Assembly: GCA_023231475.1 (NCBI GenBank)
Contig: JALJEE010000204.1
Span: 1 to 61,108, forward strand
Length of the DNA: 61,108 nt
Direction: 5' to 3'
Source: Seison nebaliae
Taxonomy: Eukaryota
Shown: positions 1 through 12,238 of the stretch, piece by piece
Position numbering within the stretch: the stretch's first letter is position 1
Layout of the letters: every line of letters starts with the position of its first letter
The notes under the pieces: model-generated
Seen by the model: only the letters and a program-made list of their open reading frames with translations
The model's database searches: none
What the model was told of the DNA's origin: nothing
Program-made: the position numbers and the translations under genes

Positions 1-959
1 TTGTCCGGCTCTAGAAGTTTTTTCCAATTCTCCTCCAAACAACGAATAATAAAAGAACGAGGAGTAGTCGTAAGTTCGTCCCGTAATTTGCTCTTCATTC
101 TCCAGAGTTTGACGAAATGGAGATCGGATTGATTCAAGAGTTGGGAGACGTCCGATGATGTGGTGGACGGATTGACGTTGGTCACTAAGACCGAACGTAG
201 CTTGATGTTGCCATGGCGAGGTTGAGCACCAGTTATGGAGCAGCCGGTACGTGTCCCAGTTTTTACCGCAACGCTGGAGCGTTTACGCTTTTTGGGAGCG
301 GATTTAGTTTGAGAGATCGGTAAGTTGCAAACCGGATTTGTCGACGCGGTCGTAGTATCATGTCGGGGAATGACAATCTCTTTGTTCACTGGAATGCAAG
401 ACGGCTTAACAGCTCGAGTCGATTTTCGACCCAAACTCGATCGATACGAGCCGGCATCTTTGTCATTAGTTGTGGAATCATTTAATTCGTCCAAAATTCT
501 CCTTTGATTGTCATTCTGTGCGATGACAGTCTTCAATGCAGACGCAATCACATTCAAAATCGATAGAGATTTACACGAACATTCGTTTAGATGTGCGAAG
601 CAGGAGTCGGTTGTCTGTAGTTTTGCCATAATTTGTTCGTTGTATGTTCGTTTCGATTGTTTGGGTGGTTGTTCGGGTGGATTATCACCTAAGACCGGTC
701 TGCCCGGGGACCCAATTATCTCCACATTTGTTCTCTTCGAACCAGGAGTGTTGTTGCGGCCATTTCGTCTTGGGATTGACGAGCGCGACCTTACACGTTT
801 CGTGCTCGTTTTTTTATGTGTCGTTGGAATTTGCCCGGCGCCTATCAAAGTATTGAAGGCGTCGAGCATTGCCTGAGTGTTGTTCTCTCCTGGTGAATCC
901 CGGTCGAGATCATCCACTTTCTCTTCTTCGCTGTGATTATTATTTTTAATAATTGACAT
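1..959 (-). mobile_element. ORF1-like gene of a non-LTR (LINE, CR1/L2/Jockey-type) retrotransposon; runs off the left edge
   Basis: Uninterrupted minus-strand frame from ATG 959 (MSIIKNNNHSEEEKVDD...) to the edge, missing from the ORF track because it has no stop. The C-terminal part SVLVTNVNPSTTSSDVSQLL...VKLWRMKSK...RSFIIRC...KKLLEPD resembles the RRM of LINE ORF1 proteins. Intronless and visibly more GC-rich than its flanks. Confidence 0.6.
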
Positions 960-2035
960 GTCAAAAAACTCATATATGTATAAAATATATTTATGAACTT
1001 ATAACTTATAAATTCCTTTAAATTTAACAAACGTCATTCTTCATGTTCGATAAGATTACTTTGAATTAATAACTTAACGACTTCATCATGTAAAGCATCA
1101 AACCGTTCCATCATTTGAAATAGAGATAACCGTCGAACATGATTATATTAAACGAGATCATTGAAAAAAGTAAACTGTTTCTATGAATTCTTTGAATTGA
1201 CGATGAATGAGAGGACTTTTTGATTTAATTTTTCTAGAAAATATCACATTATTTATACTTTGCCGATACAGCCTAAGCCAATATCTAATAAAAACTGCGA
1301 ATGATATTTATTTATAATTCCGATCCGGCGGTAGATACTTTCAGCAAGCTCTGACAAGGATTGTATCACCAAAAATAAACTAAATTTTATAGAAATTCAA
1401 AGAATAATTCTATCACAACAGGATTCATTAGATCTAATTTTATCGAGCGCAGTATAAATACAGTTTTATTGTACGAGTAAACAGTTTTTACGTTTTAAGT
1501 TTTTCCTTTCCTTTCTTTCGTTCTTCCTTTACTGATCTTAACCTTCTTAACTACTAGTTCCATATTTCTCAATCGATGTTTCGTCAATCAATCAACAACT
1601 ATGATTCAAATTCGAATCAAATTCGGTTTATTCTCACAATTCATTCATTCACTTCCTTCTCTTAATTCGGTTAGTTTTCTTCAAATATTTGCTACTCTAA
1701 CGTTTCATATCAGAATGAAGGCGTTCGAATTTTCTTTATAGAATGTCTCCTACTTTAACCTAATATATCTGAATCATGCACTATAAATACAACTCTTACA
1801 ACGACGACTGAGTCTTATTAATGTTCTACTGATCATTTTACATAAGTCGATGAAAAAGAAATCAAAAATTAAACTTCGTTTTTAACGCGAATTTTATTTA
1901 TTTCATTTTTTAAAAAGAAATTAATCTTAAAATTCTTCGAAAGTTATGAGAAAAAATCTTGAGAACTTGAAGAATACGATCAAATCGATGACACAACAGA
2001 TTGAAATTGATATCGAATAAAATTAATTTCCTCAT

Positions 2036-3670
2036 TTATGATATACTCTGTGGGGTTGACGATGTCGTTTTCTTTGTTACGAATTGATATGGAATACAAT
2101 TTTTAAGTTTTTCTTGTAAATCTGAGTATATTCGATAAATACAATTCCTGAAATTCTTACCGAAACAACAATAAAGTATGAAATTGGTTGAAGCATTGAG
2201 ATTAAGAAGAAAGCAAGCGATGGTATAAAAAATATTCATTGCTTGACCATTAATATTCGGAGTTGTGAGAACAGTTATCATATTAGCAACTAGTGTAGGA
2301 AACTGACAAATCATGAAATAAATAACGACGGAAATTAACATTACTGTCATACGAATATCTGATTTGAGAACTATTGATTTAACTTCCGTTTGTGACTGGG
2401 AATCTTTTCTCATTGCAAATGATTTTTTTGCAGTTTTATCTAAAAGGTTCGACGTAAATCGTTTGAGACTTTGACGCTTCTTAAAATGATTAATTGGAGA
2501 TGATGTACAATTGAGATCATCGTCATCCTTCATCGTATCTAAACAACCCTCCATTTTTGAATTATATTTCCCATTTGGTATTATCGATGACTTTTGTTCC
2601 ATCGATAATAAAGTCCGTTTTTGGTCATTCTTACCAACGATACGTTTCTTTCTTTCATTCAATTGAATTAACGTTCGAATTAATTGGAAATTGATATAGA
2701 TTAATGTTAACCATGGAATACCATAAGCAATTGGCAAATAAAGATAAGAGAAGAGTAAAGAATGAACTAAACGTTGACGAGCAAACCAAAAATTCTGAAT
2801 GACTGAAATATTTTGAACTAGAATTAAATTCTTCTTGTAATAATTGTGATAGAAATCATCAATATTTAAATTCATCATTTCCGTTATATTGTTCTGTAAG
2901 AGTTGTTGGATAAATTGATGTTCATCGGATTGGAATAAACTTTGGAAGATTTCATTGGAAACCGTTTCCGTTAATTGGATAGCATTCGTCCATATTGGTT
3001 GAGAATGAATACCAACACGAAACTCGAAATAACATGGTGAGAAGTAAAGTAGAGATGCAAGAAATAAAAGGATTGAAACAATCTTCGCACGACGTACAGT
3101 ACAGAAGCGGTCAGCTTTAAACGGATGACAAACGTAAATATATCGATCCACTGAGAATGCCATTGTGAGGAGAATAGAAAGTAATTGACATGATAAAGTA
3201 GGTGCGCGCAAAATGCAATAGAGTTGAGTGTTGAAATGAAGAAACGTCAACGTACTGGGAGTGTGTTCGATGAGTGTATAATAATAGTTTCGACCAACTA
3301 ATATCTCTTTGAAGGAATGAAGAAAGAAGAATGAAAGTTGGAAAATGTTACTCATACTTAATGCCATCAAATAAATATTAGTTGATGTTCGACGTAGTTG
3401 TCTTTGCATTAAGACGTAGAGTGTAAATATATTGCCAAGAATGCCGAATATTGCAATGATGCTTGTCAAATAACCGGATATAATTAAATCAAATAATCTT
3501 CCATTCCTCTCAATAAGCTCTTCCATTGCCGTTCGGTTGAAGAGAGTGTGATATCCATAAATAATATCGTTGTGTAATTTCGTTTCATTATTGAAATAAT
3601 TCGAATTATTCTCGTACAATTGATAACTGAGACCTAATCTACTCAAATGGTTTATTGTTTTTTGAATCAT
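2036..3670 (-). CDS. Class A (rhodopsin-like) neuropeptide GPCR, FMRFamide-receptor-like
   Basis: Single 544-aa ORF with hydrophobic TM segments, GILGN (TM1), SVDRY (TM3), CQFP (TM6) and NASTNFILYC (TM7). Confidence 0.85.
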   Translation of the reverse strand: MIQKTINHLSRLGLSYQLYENNSNYFNNETKLHNDIIYGYHTLFNRTAMEELIERNGRLFDLIISGYLTSIIAIFGILGNIFTLYVLMQRQLRRTSTNIYLMALSMSNIFQLSFFFLHSFKEILVGRNYYYTLIEHTPSTLTFLHFNTQLYCILRAPTLSCQLLSILLTMAFSVDRYIYVCHPFKADRFCTVRRAKIVSILLFLASLLYFSPCYFEFRVGIHSQPIWTNAIQLTETVSNEIFQSLFQSDEHQFIQQLLQNNITEMMNLNIDDFYHNYYKKNLILVQNISVIQNFWFARQRLVHSLLFSYLYLPIAYGIPWLTLIYINFQLIRTLIQLNERKKRIVGKNDQKRTLLSMEQKSSIIPNGKYNSKMEGCLDTMKDDDDLNCTSSPINHFKKRQSLKRFTSNLLDKTAKKSFAMRKDSQSQTEVKSIVLKSDIRMTVMLISVVIYFMICQFPTLVANMITVLTTPNINGQAMNIFYTIACFLLNLNASTNFILYCCFGKNFRNCIYRIYSDLQEKLKNCIPYQFVTKKTTSSTPQSIS

Positions 3671-6666
3671 TCACTCGACATAGATCTATAAACAAAAGTT
3701 TTATCTAAACTTCTCTCAAACACACACACACACTCACATATGCACACTTATAAGGAGAGCACGACACTATACGTTAGAAGTGAAAAGATCTATGAAGACG
3801 AAAAATAATTAGAATCAACCTTACATAATTTAACCGTCTCATCTTTTGAGTGAGACAAATTTTTTTTGGATTAATAAGTTAATCGAAAAAAATGTTGTTT
3901 ATTTTTCTTAGACTGCGAAGATGGGAATGGAATCCCCAAAAGAGTCCTAAAACGACAAGACAACTCGGAGGAGTTGAAAAGAAAAAGTTAATGTTATAAT
4001 TAGAAAACTAAATAATTCATTTGAGGAAGATAAGAAGTGAAGGATGAGAGGAAAGATAAAAGGAAAAATGTGAAGAATATCTTCTTGATATTATGGAAAT
4101 ATTATTGTTTATATCTGTTCAATTATCAGCAATTAAATTAGTGGGAATGTTCAGAAGAAAACATGTTGTAGTATTTTCCATTAAACATAATTGTAAATTT
4201 AATTAGTTTCTATCTATTCGAACTTGTATGGACTTATTAAATGAGTGAGACAATAAATCACAATAAATTCGTCACAACTTCCATCCTGCCGACAAATACC
4301 ACAGTTAATCAGTTAATGGTTCTTCAAGTAATTTATTCACAATTCGTCTATTCGTTTATATGAGGAAATATCATGATATTTGAGGAGAATAATAAGACAA
4401 ACAATAAAAAGACAAATAAGTGTGCGCAGAATATGTGGATAAAAACATGTAAAAAGTAACAAAAAAATTGAGAAATAGCATAATTCAATCGATTTTTTTC
4501 ACAAATTTCTTAAAAGAAACTTCTTTTGAGCGAGGTTGATAGAGTCGAGACAAGAAACATCTCCGACTTGTAGCGAATCGTTAACGATGAAGAAATTATA
4601 ATAAAGATGAAGACAAATCTATTATTTTTATAGGAAGAATTACACCAGACGAATAACATTATATGGAGTTTTCTTATGTGAAAGGATAAGAGGACTTCAC
4701 GAAAGGAGAATGAGGAAGAAAGAAAATAATGAATAAGTTAATTGAATAAAACGATACTGAATATTGAATAGCTGAACGAAGAATTGAACATTATTCAATT
4801 CATATATCTCCTCTTACATCATCCATCAACCGATCATGAGGCAGTAGTAGAAGACGATGAATCATTTCGATGTTCTCAGACGATAAACGAATCCATATTA
4901 TCATTTTGAAGACGACAAACTGGAAATAGAAAATTCATAAATTTCTACTCTTATACTCGAATAAACGAACTGGAGTAATTCAAGCAAAGAAGAAAATAAG
5001 AATTGGAATGAGATTGTGTTAAAATATTTAATCCGTTTTCATCGATCTAATGTGTCTAACTAATGTGTAAGTATTGTGACAGAAAAGAAAAATAAATTCG
5101 AATTGTCCATGATTAAAAATGGGATAATCATTTGTAATAATCACCTATCTCTCATTCAATATCATCAAGTGCACGATGGGAAAAACTCATATAATCTCGT
5201 CAAGTCAATTCGGAAATATATAATTCCTACACTTCCATATCACTACGTGATATTAAGTCAACAAAAAAATTAAATTTTTATTACTAGAAAAATATTGAAT
5301 GACGAGAAAATTAAAATTTTATTAAAAGATAGATATCTCAAATTAATTTTTTCCGTCTTCAAATCTGTTTCTCACGAACAGACATCTCTTTTTTTTTATT
5401 GGACGAATACTTGATTGATGAAGAAGTATCAATAAAATTCTTTCTTTTACCTAATTCAGGAAAAATAACAAACAATTTATTTTGGGTTTGAAAACGATGA
5501 TTTATTTTTTATCGATTTTCAACAAAACGGAGAGAATGCTTTAAGGCAATGTCGGAACAATCAACTATGTAGAATGAGGACGAAAGAGAAGGGATAATCA
5601 TAAATTTTTTTATATCAAAACTTTCGCTAGAACATGATTGTTATTGTTATTGATGGAAAAGGAAGAGGAATAAGAGAAACGATCAAAATAAATATTTGGA
5701 GAGTCATAATTCATTCAGAATTTAATAGATGAAAACTTCTAGTTTGATGTCGTGCACGAAGAATGATGCAAAAGAACAGTTCATACGCATCAACTATTCT
5801 CAATGATTATTAAATTGTGATATTAAAATTGTTTTTGAAAGTCCACCAATCACTCAAATCATGATTCCCTTTTATTTTCCCTATGATTATTGTTCATGTT
5901 GCCATTGTTCACTTTACATAATCTTTCCAATATTCTATGGAATAAGATAAACAGTAAAATTAACGTAAATCAACAAATTACAACTGATTAATTCCTCTTT
6001 ATTTTTTAATTTATAAAATACCAGCAAATTCACCCTCACAAAACTTCCATTTGTGTCGAATAATTTTAATGAAACTTCTCAATCTTTTTCTTTCTTATAA
6101 GTTTGTTAGGAAAATTAACGAAAAGACAAATTAGATTAATTAGAAATTTTCATTAGTCAAATCATTTTACATGATAATTTAATTTATCCGACAGAATAAG
6201 AAAGATGAACGGAAGTTATCGGGAAAAAAGAAAATATTATTGGGAACACTAACAAATATTAGAATCGAACAAAAATAATTATTTCTCTAGTGCAAAATCG
6301 ATGAAGTATAAAGTACAAATCGTGAAGGAAACTATACGAAATGTAGAAGTATAAACAACCTAATCCTTCGAGATCTGAAAATAGAAAAATGAAAAATTCG
6401 ACGAAAATATTTTTTTGGGAAATAATTGAAACAATTTCGAAACCATTAAACTAACGACGAAAATATTCTACATAGAAAACGGATAGATATATATATATAT
6501 ATATAAAAAGATGGATAATTCGAAATATTTTCGATAATTTCTTTCTACTTCGAATAGTCACAAAAAATTTTTTTATAACCAATAACGACTGAAAATAAAA
6601 AAATATTGTTTATAATTTAAAATTTGATATTCTCTTCCTTTTTTTCGACATTGGTTGGAGACAAAC

Positions 6667-8683
6667 TTATAGTTGGAGATATACCCGATTCAATTGTTCC
6701 AGAAAGATGAATGTGATAACAGTATGAGGTCCCAGTCGAGCATAGTATGGTGTAAAACCTTTCCAAAAACTAAATACTCCTTCGTTTCGGATGACGCTTT
6801 TAAGAATATCCTGCAAATAATAAATAAATTGATGAAAGTAAATTTTATGAGAGAGAAGATGAACAATTACCGATTATCTGTAAGTTATCTGTAGATAGCC
6901 TATCTCTATAAAGATGTTCATATTTCCGAAAAGAATTATAGAAGAAGAGGATCTGATATCTGAAGAGTTCTCTATTAGTGATCTATTGTTAACATTTATT
7001 TTCTCTGCTGTCTATTTCTACTACTGTAACAATTAACGTCGTATATTGTCGAAATAATTAATAGATGAATATGTTGCTTCGACGAGATGGGGAGGAGGAA
7101 GATTGATTTAAAAAATATGTGTTCATAATACGTCGAATGTCATCCAACTAAAAATTTTTGCTGCTCGCCAATATTAGAAGAGTAAGAATTATGACGATAA
7201 TTTTATGGGACATGCGACGACGTCTATTCTCAACCAATTTCTTCTTCTTTATGATGACAGCACATGAGAATGTCAATATTAAATTATGAAATATTATATG
7301 ATATGACATCGACATTCTCATCTGAAAAAAGCAACATAATTTTGTTGATCAAAACTTATTCCCTTGTTTATTGATGCGACTATATATAATGAAGAATGGA
7401 AGAATGAGATTTATTTCTGGTATTCATTCCATTTGATTTGTTTAATTTCTTTTTCTCATTCTAATTGTTATTATTGTTATTCATCCTCAATATTACATTT
7501 TCCCTTATTTTCCATCATTTCGCTCCGTTCCCAATTTGAAGATTAATATAAATAAACGAATAATTCAAGTTATTATCTTAAGTCTCAAGTAAGATCTATC
7601 GAATTCCTCTCCCCCTCTCTCTCTCTCTTTAAAACATTATTTATCTGAAGTTAATAATAACCATTACACCATTATATTCAGGACGTCCGTTTATGATTCT
7701 CATGTTCTGATATCTAATTATTATACCATTTGTCAGAAATGAGAAAGAAAAGAATCATGAAAGAAACAATAGAAGGAAGAACCTTGTCTTTAATATATCG
7801 ACAGGCATCGATGCTGCTGTTGTTGCCAATCCAGAAATCATAGAAGCATTGAAATGCAACCAGATACCATCGTGGAAATAGCCCGTTGCTTTCAATGAAG
7901 TTTTCGCTTGTGAATAAGTCGCTAGCTGAGCAGCATTAATTACCATTGCCCTCACAACTGTAGGAACAGCTCCACGCCACAATGTCAGAGTACCTTCTTC
8001 ACGAACAATACGAATTAATGCATCGAAAACATTCTTGTAGCCTCGACGTTCGTTAACTGGTAGACGACCATCAGACGTCATTCGAATTAGAGACACTTCG
8101 GCTGGAGTACCAATGATGGCAGCTAAACCTCCAGCAGTCATACCCATTAATGCTTTATATCCAAAATTTGTATATCCTTTATTTCTAACATAACGAATAT
8201 TTTATTAGAAAATTAAAATAAATTATCCAACTGCGCATATTCATTGAGAGATGTATAAATTCCCATTCGACTAGTAGTATAAGTAGCTTGTCTGAGAAGA
8301 GCAGCTGATAATCTGATAAGAGAAATGATGATATAATAAAAAAGAGTAAGAATTGTGGACCCATTATAAAGAGCGGCGATTCCTTCGTTCTTTGTTACAG
8401 TTTTGAATGCATTAATTGTGGTTTTATACTCAGGAGAGCCGACTAGAAATAAGTTAAACGAGTAAAAATTTTGAAATGCAGCTTTTTATATACGCCGAAA
8501 CTATTCAATTGCATTCTGGTTTTCAATAAATCCATCGGCTGAACAAACACAGTGGCGCCCATTCTGTGTTAACAAAAGAAATTTAAATAAGCAGAAATTT
8601 TAATGGAAAATACTAAACCCAGAAAAACCGCCAAAAGCAAATTTCAAAGAATTAGGTACAGTCTTTTTTTCATTTGACGACAT
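6667..8683 (-). CDS. SLC25A11: Mitochondrial 2-oxoglutarate/malate carrier (7 exons)
   Basis: Spliced product has QPMDLLKTRMQ, GLSAALLRQATY, GTPAEVSLIRMTSDGRLP, MPVDILKTR and FWKGFTPYYARLGPHTVITFIFLEQ. The last exon (6667-6810) lies beyond an 851-nt intron (6811-7661). Confidence 0.92.
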
Positions 8684-8909
8684 AATTTTTCCGAAAACTT
8701 TTCAACAAATCAAAAAATATATTTGACCGAATGCGAAACAAATGAAATGTGTGAGACTCGAATCAGAGAATGTAAGCAGATACCGAAAGCTTCCGATTAT
8801 GTTTCGATCATATTCAATTACCTCATTTCCTATAAATAAATTGAAATTTTTAAACAATTGAACTTTTTAGCTCAGTTGTTGGCATATATCCAATTGTCGT
8901 TCATTCGTC

Positions 8910-9802
8910 ATGTTTTCATCTGTTATTAGTCAGTTAAATGAATTAAACATTGTTCTTGGCAGTCAATCTCCTCAAAGGAGAAAACTATTGGAAGATCAAG
9001 TTCGAATTGCCACTTCTCTCGAATTCCATTTAAAAGTGAAATTAAATAGAATTTAAAATTTTCTATAATACCGTCAAACATCGATGAAGACGAAATATTG
9101 ACATCATATCAATTCGATCGAAAGGAGGAATATATAGAGAAGATTGCAGAGAAGAAATTGGAGCATTTGATTAATGAGAAAATAGAAGTTTATCCATAAG
9201 TTGTTAAATTATTCATTTGAATTAGGCAGATATTATTATTTGTGGAGATACTTGTATAATTCATGATAATGAAGTTATTGGGAAACCGAAAAATGAGAAA
9301 GATGCAGAAAACATATTGAAAAGGTTCACATATACTTTTAGATCTAGAAAGTGACGTTATTTTCAGATTGTCAGGAAATAAACATTCAGTTTATACTTCT
9401 GTTGTCATTGCAACGAATAAAACTTTGACATGTAAACAATTTGTTCAAACTGATTCAACAATTTTTGATTACAAGAGTTAATTCTTCTTTCCATTTTATA
9501 TCTCATTGATGATAGATTATTATATAATGAAACTGAATGACAAAGTAGAAGTGACTTTTCTTCCATTAAACGAGCAATCAATTCTGTCATATATCCGAAC
9601 TGGAATTCCATTGTTTGTATTCTCATTCATAAAATTAGTTCATTAACTTTCCATTAGAAATAAGGCTGGTGCTTATGATCTGCAAGGAATGGCAATCTCG
9701 TTTGTCAGCAGAATTGTGGGGAATCCATCAACAGTCATCGGTCTACCAGTGCATCTGATAGGAGAATATTTATGTCGATTATTTTTAAATTATATTCATT
9801 AA
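8910..9802 (+). CDS. Maf-family nucleoside triphosphate pyrophosphatase (ASMTL N-terminal/YhdE-like), 6 exons
   Basis: Not in the ORF track. Joining five GTT..AG introns gives IVLGSQSPQRRKLL, IICGDT, VIGKP, LSGNKHSVYT, KAGAYDLQG and VIGLP. Confidence 0.85.
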
Positions 9803-9856
9803 ATTTCGAGCTTTCTTAATTTGTCTAATAAAAAAATTTCCCAAATAAACAGAAAA

Positions 9857-10636
9857 ATGTTTCGGATATTAAATTTCTCTCGTAAAATCATCTCTTCACC
9901 ATCATCAATATTATTTGTGAAAAGAAATAGGAAATTTATTCAAAATAAATTATCTTATACTCCAATTCGATATGGTAGTTCAGGAAGTGATGGTCGAACA
10001 ACAGTAGGAATAACTTGGAGATCATTTACAATTACATCGACAATCGGTATTGGATTAGTGGGAATAGTTGCATATTTGAGACATGAACAAAAAGAAAAAA
10101 TTAAATTAGAGAAAAGGAAAATGGTGGGAAAAACGGCATTAGGTGGTGAATGGGAAGGATTAATTGATTCGAATAACGATCAAATATCCAGTAAAGATTT
10201 TCATGGAAAATGGTGTCTTTTATATTTTGGATTTACACATTGTCCAGATATCTGTCCCGAACAAATCGAACGATTATGTGAAGTAGTTGATAAAATCGAA
10301 AAATATAAAGATGCTTCATCTCTCATTCCTTTATTTGTGTCAGTTGATCCAGAACGTGACACTCCACAAATCACGAAAGAATATTGTGAAGAATTCAGTA
10401 AGAAACTTGTGGGACTTACAGCCAAATCACTCGATGACATTAGTCAAATAACCAAATTGTATCGTGTCTATTTTACACAAGGACCTAAAGATGAAACGAA
10501 TGATTATATTATTGATCATGCTGTCATTACATATCTGATAGGTCCAAATGGAGAATTTGTTGATTATTATGGACAGAATTTAACATCAGAACAAATGACA
10601 CATGCTATCCGTCTTCATATGCAGAAACGGAAATAA
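9857..10636 (+). CDS. SCO1: SCO1/SCO2 cytochrome c oxidase copper chaperone
   Basis: YFGFTHCPDICP (CxxxC), SVDPERD and YIIDH motifs, an N-terminal targeting peptide and a TM helix. ATG at 9857. Confidence 0.93.
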   Translation: MFRILNFSRKIISSPSSILFVKRNRKFIQNKLSYTPIRYGSSGSDGRTTVGITWRSFTITSTIGIGLVGIVAYLRHEQKEKIKLEKRKMVGKTALGGEWEGLIDSNNDQISSKDFHGKWCLLYFGFTHCPDICPEQIERLCEVVDKIEKYKDASSLIPLFVSVDPERDTPQITKEYCEEFSKKLVGLTAKSLDDISQITKLYRVYFTQGPKDETNDYIIDHAVITYLIGPNGEFVDYYGQNLTSEQMTHAIRLHMQKRK

Positions 10637-10745
10637 TTTTTATTTCTTCATTTCCATTAATTCTTTCTAATAAAAAGAAATTTATTCGATTTTCACTTTC
10701 AGATTCTTCTTCAATCTCTTCTTCTAATCCATCATCTTTAATCGT

Positions 10746-12056
10746 ATGAGCGAATCGATAATTTTACAAATTGGTCAATGTGGAAATCAAATCGGACTAA
10801 ATTTTTGGGAATTGGCATTAAAAGAGAATGAAGAAACATTGAGAGAAGGAAAAAATTATATGAAAAGTTTCTTTCATGAAACTTCTTCAGGTAAATATGA
10901 AGCAAGAGCAATTCTTTTAGATTTGGAAGAAGGTGTAATTTCCAAAATTCTTCAACGAACAAAAATTTCTCATATCTTTTCCGAACAACAATTATTTACA
11001 TCAACTAATGGAGCTGGTAATAATTGGGCAGTTGGTCGTGAAGCATTAATGGAAGAGAAATCTCATCGTCAAATTGAAAAATGTTTACGACGAACAATTG
11101 AGAAATGTGATTATCTCCGAACTTTTTTTACAATTCATTCGATGAGTGGTGGAACAGGATCAGGAATTGGTTCCAATATTCTCCACATTCTACATGATAA
11201 TTATCCTAAAAAATATTTATTACCATTCTGTGTTTATTCAACAGAAACAGATGAGAATGTGATTACTGCTCCATATAATTCAATTTTAGCAACAACTGAA
11301 TTATTAGAATATGGTGATTGTGTATTTCCATTTGATAATGAAAGTTTATTTCGATTAACTCAAACAAATGAAACGAATCGATATAAGAAAGATGATGTTT
11401 TTGCAACAATCAATCGATTGATCGCCAATACGATATTGGACATTACAGCACATTCGAGATATCATGGAGAGATGAATGTGGATTTAAATGAGATTAGTAT
11501 GAATCTTGTTCCATTCAAATCAATGAATTACATCTCCACATATCAAGCACAACAGACGACTAATATTCATCGATTATTCGATGATTGTTTCCATCGACCA
11601 CTCATCAACATCCATCAATATTTGAATAAGAAATCTTGTTTATTATCTTCAGGTGTTCTCTTACGAACTAATCGTTCAGCTAATTCTTTAAGCATGTTAC
11701 GTGAGACTATGATGAAAATGAAAGGGAAATTTCCTTTTGCTAATTGGAATGAAGATTGTTGGAAAATCGGAATTTGTCATCAATCTTCTATTTATCATAA
11801 TTCTGATACAAGTCTATTATTATTAAACAATACTTCTTTAATCAGTAATTATATGAATAGTATTTATGAACGATTTCATAATCTATTCAAGCGAAGAGCT
11901 CATTTACATCATTATCTGAATGTCGATGGTTTCGATCTCAATCATTTTCATCATGCCAATGAAATTGTAATAAATATGATTAATAATTATCAATCATTAT
12001 CTCACACTATGAACGATTCACTCAATGTCGACAGTTCCCAACGAATTTGTTACTAA
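10746..12056 (+). CDS. TUBE1: Epsilon-tubulin
   Basis: QIGQCGNQIG..FWELAL, GAGNNWAVG, SGGTGSG, VDLNEISMNLVPF and the C-terminal AHLHHYL typical of epsilon-tubulin. Confidence 0.9.
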   Translation: MSESIILQIGQCGNQIGLNFWELALKENEETLREGKNYMKSFFHETSSGKYEARAILLDLEEGVISKILQRTKISHIFSEQQLFTSTNGAGNNWAVGREALMEEKSHRQIEKCLRRTIEKCDYLRTFFTIHSMSGGTGSGIGSNILHILHDNYPKKYLLPFCVYSTETDENVITAPYNSILATTELLEYGDCVFPFDNESLFRLTQTNETNRYKKDDVFATINRLIANTILDITAHSRYHGEMNVDLNEISMNLVPFKSMNYISTYQAQQTTNIHRLFDDCFHRPLINIHQYLNKKSCLLSSGVLLRTNRSANSLSMLRETMMKMKGKFPFANWNEDCWKIGICHQSSIYHNSDTSLLLLNNTSLISNYMNSIYERFHNLFKRRAHLHHYLNVDGFDLNHFHHANEIVINMINNYQSLSHTMNDSLNVDSSQRICY

Positions 12057-12238
12057 TAAAATTTGTAAATGATATTAATAAGAAATTTATTTTGTTCAAA
12101 TAAAATGGTAAATGCCACAAAAATGTAGATAAGTTGGGAAATAATTAAAAAATATTGAATTTTTTTTTTAAATGCCCAATGATAAAATCGAAATAGAGAT
12201 TTCTGATTTGATCAGAGAAAGTAAAATAATGATTGTGA

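Noticed and set aside
207..220. X-box-like GTTGCCATGGCGAG
   Set aside because: Lies inside the ORF1-like coding frame, not in a promoter.
325..1030. ORF-track ORFs 325-507, 508-876, 644-856 and 845-1030
   Set aside because: Antisense or off-frame shadows of the long minus-strand ORF1-like frame.
3671..6660. Hidden gene, snRNA or SL RNA in the long spacer upstream of the GPCR
   Set aside because: No spliceable frame, tRNA, rRNA, U snRNA or recognisable SL sequence found by eye; probably UTR and regulatory DNA.
9405..9626. Minus-strand 73-aa ORF and similar short antisense ORFs (10201, 13960, 24490, 36969, 50891, 52758, 55102)
   Set aside because: They overlap well-supported genes on the other strand and have no independent motifs.
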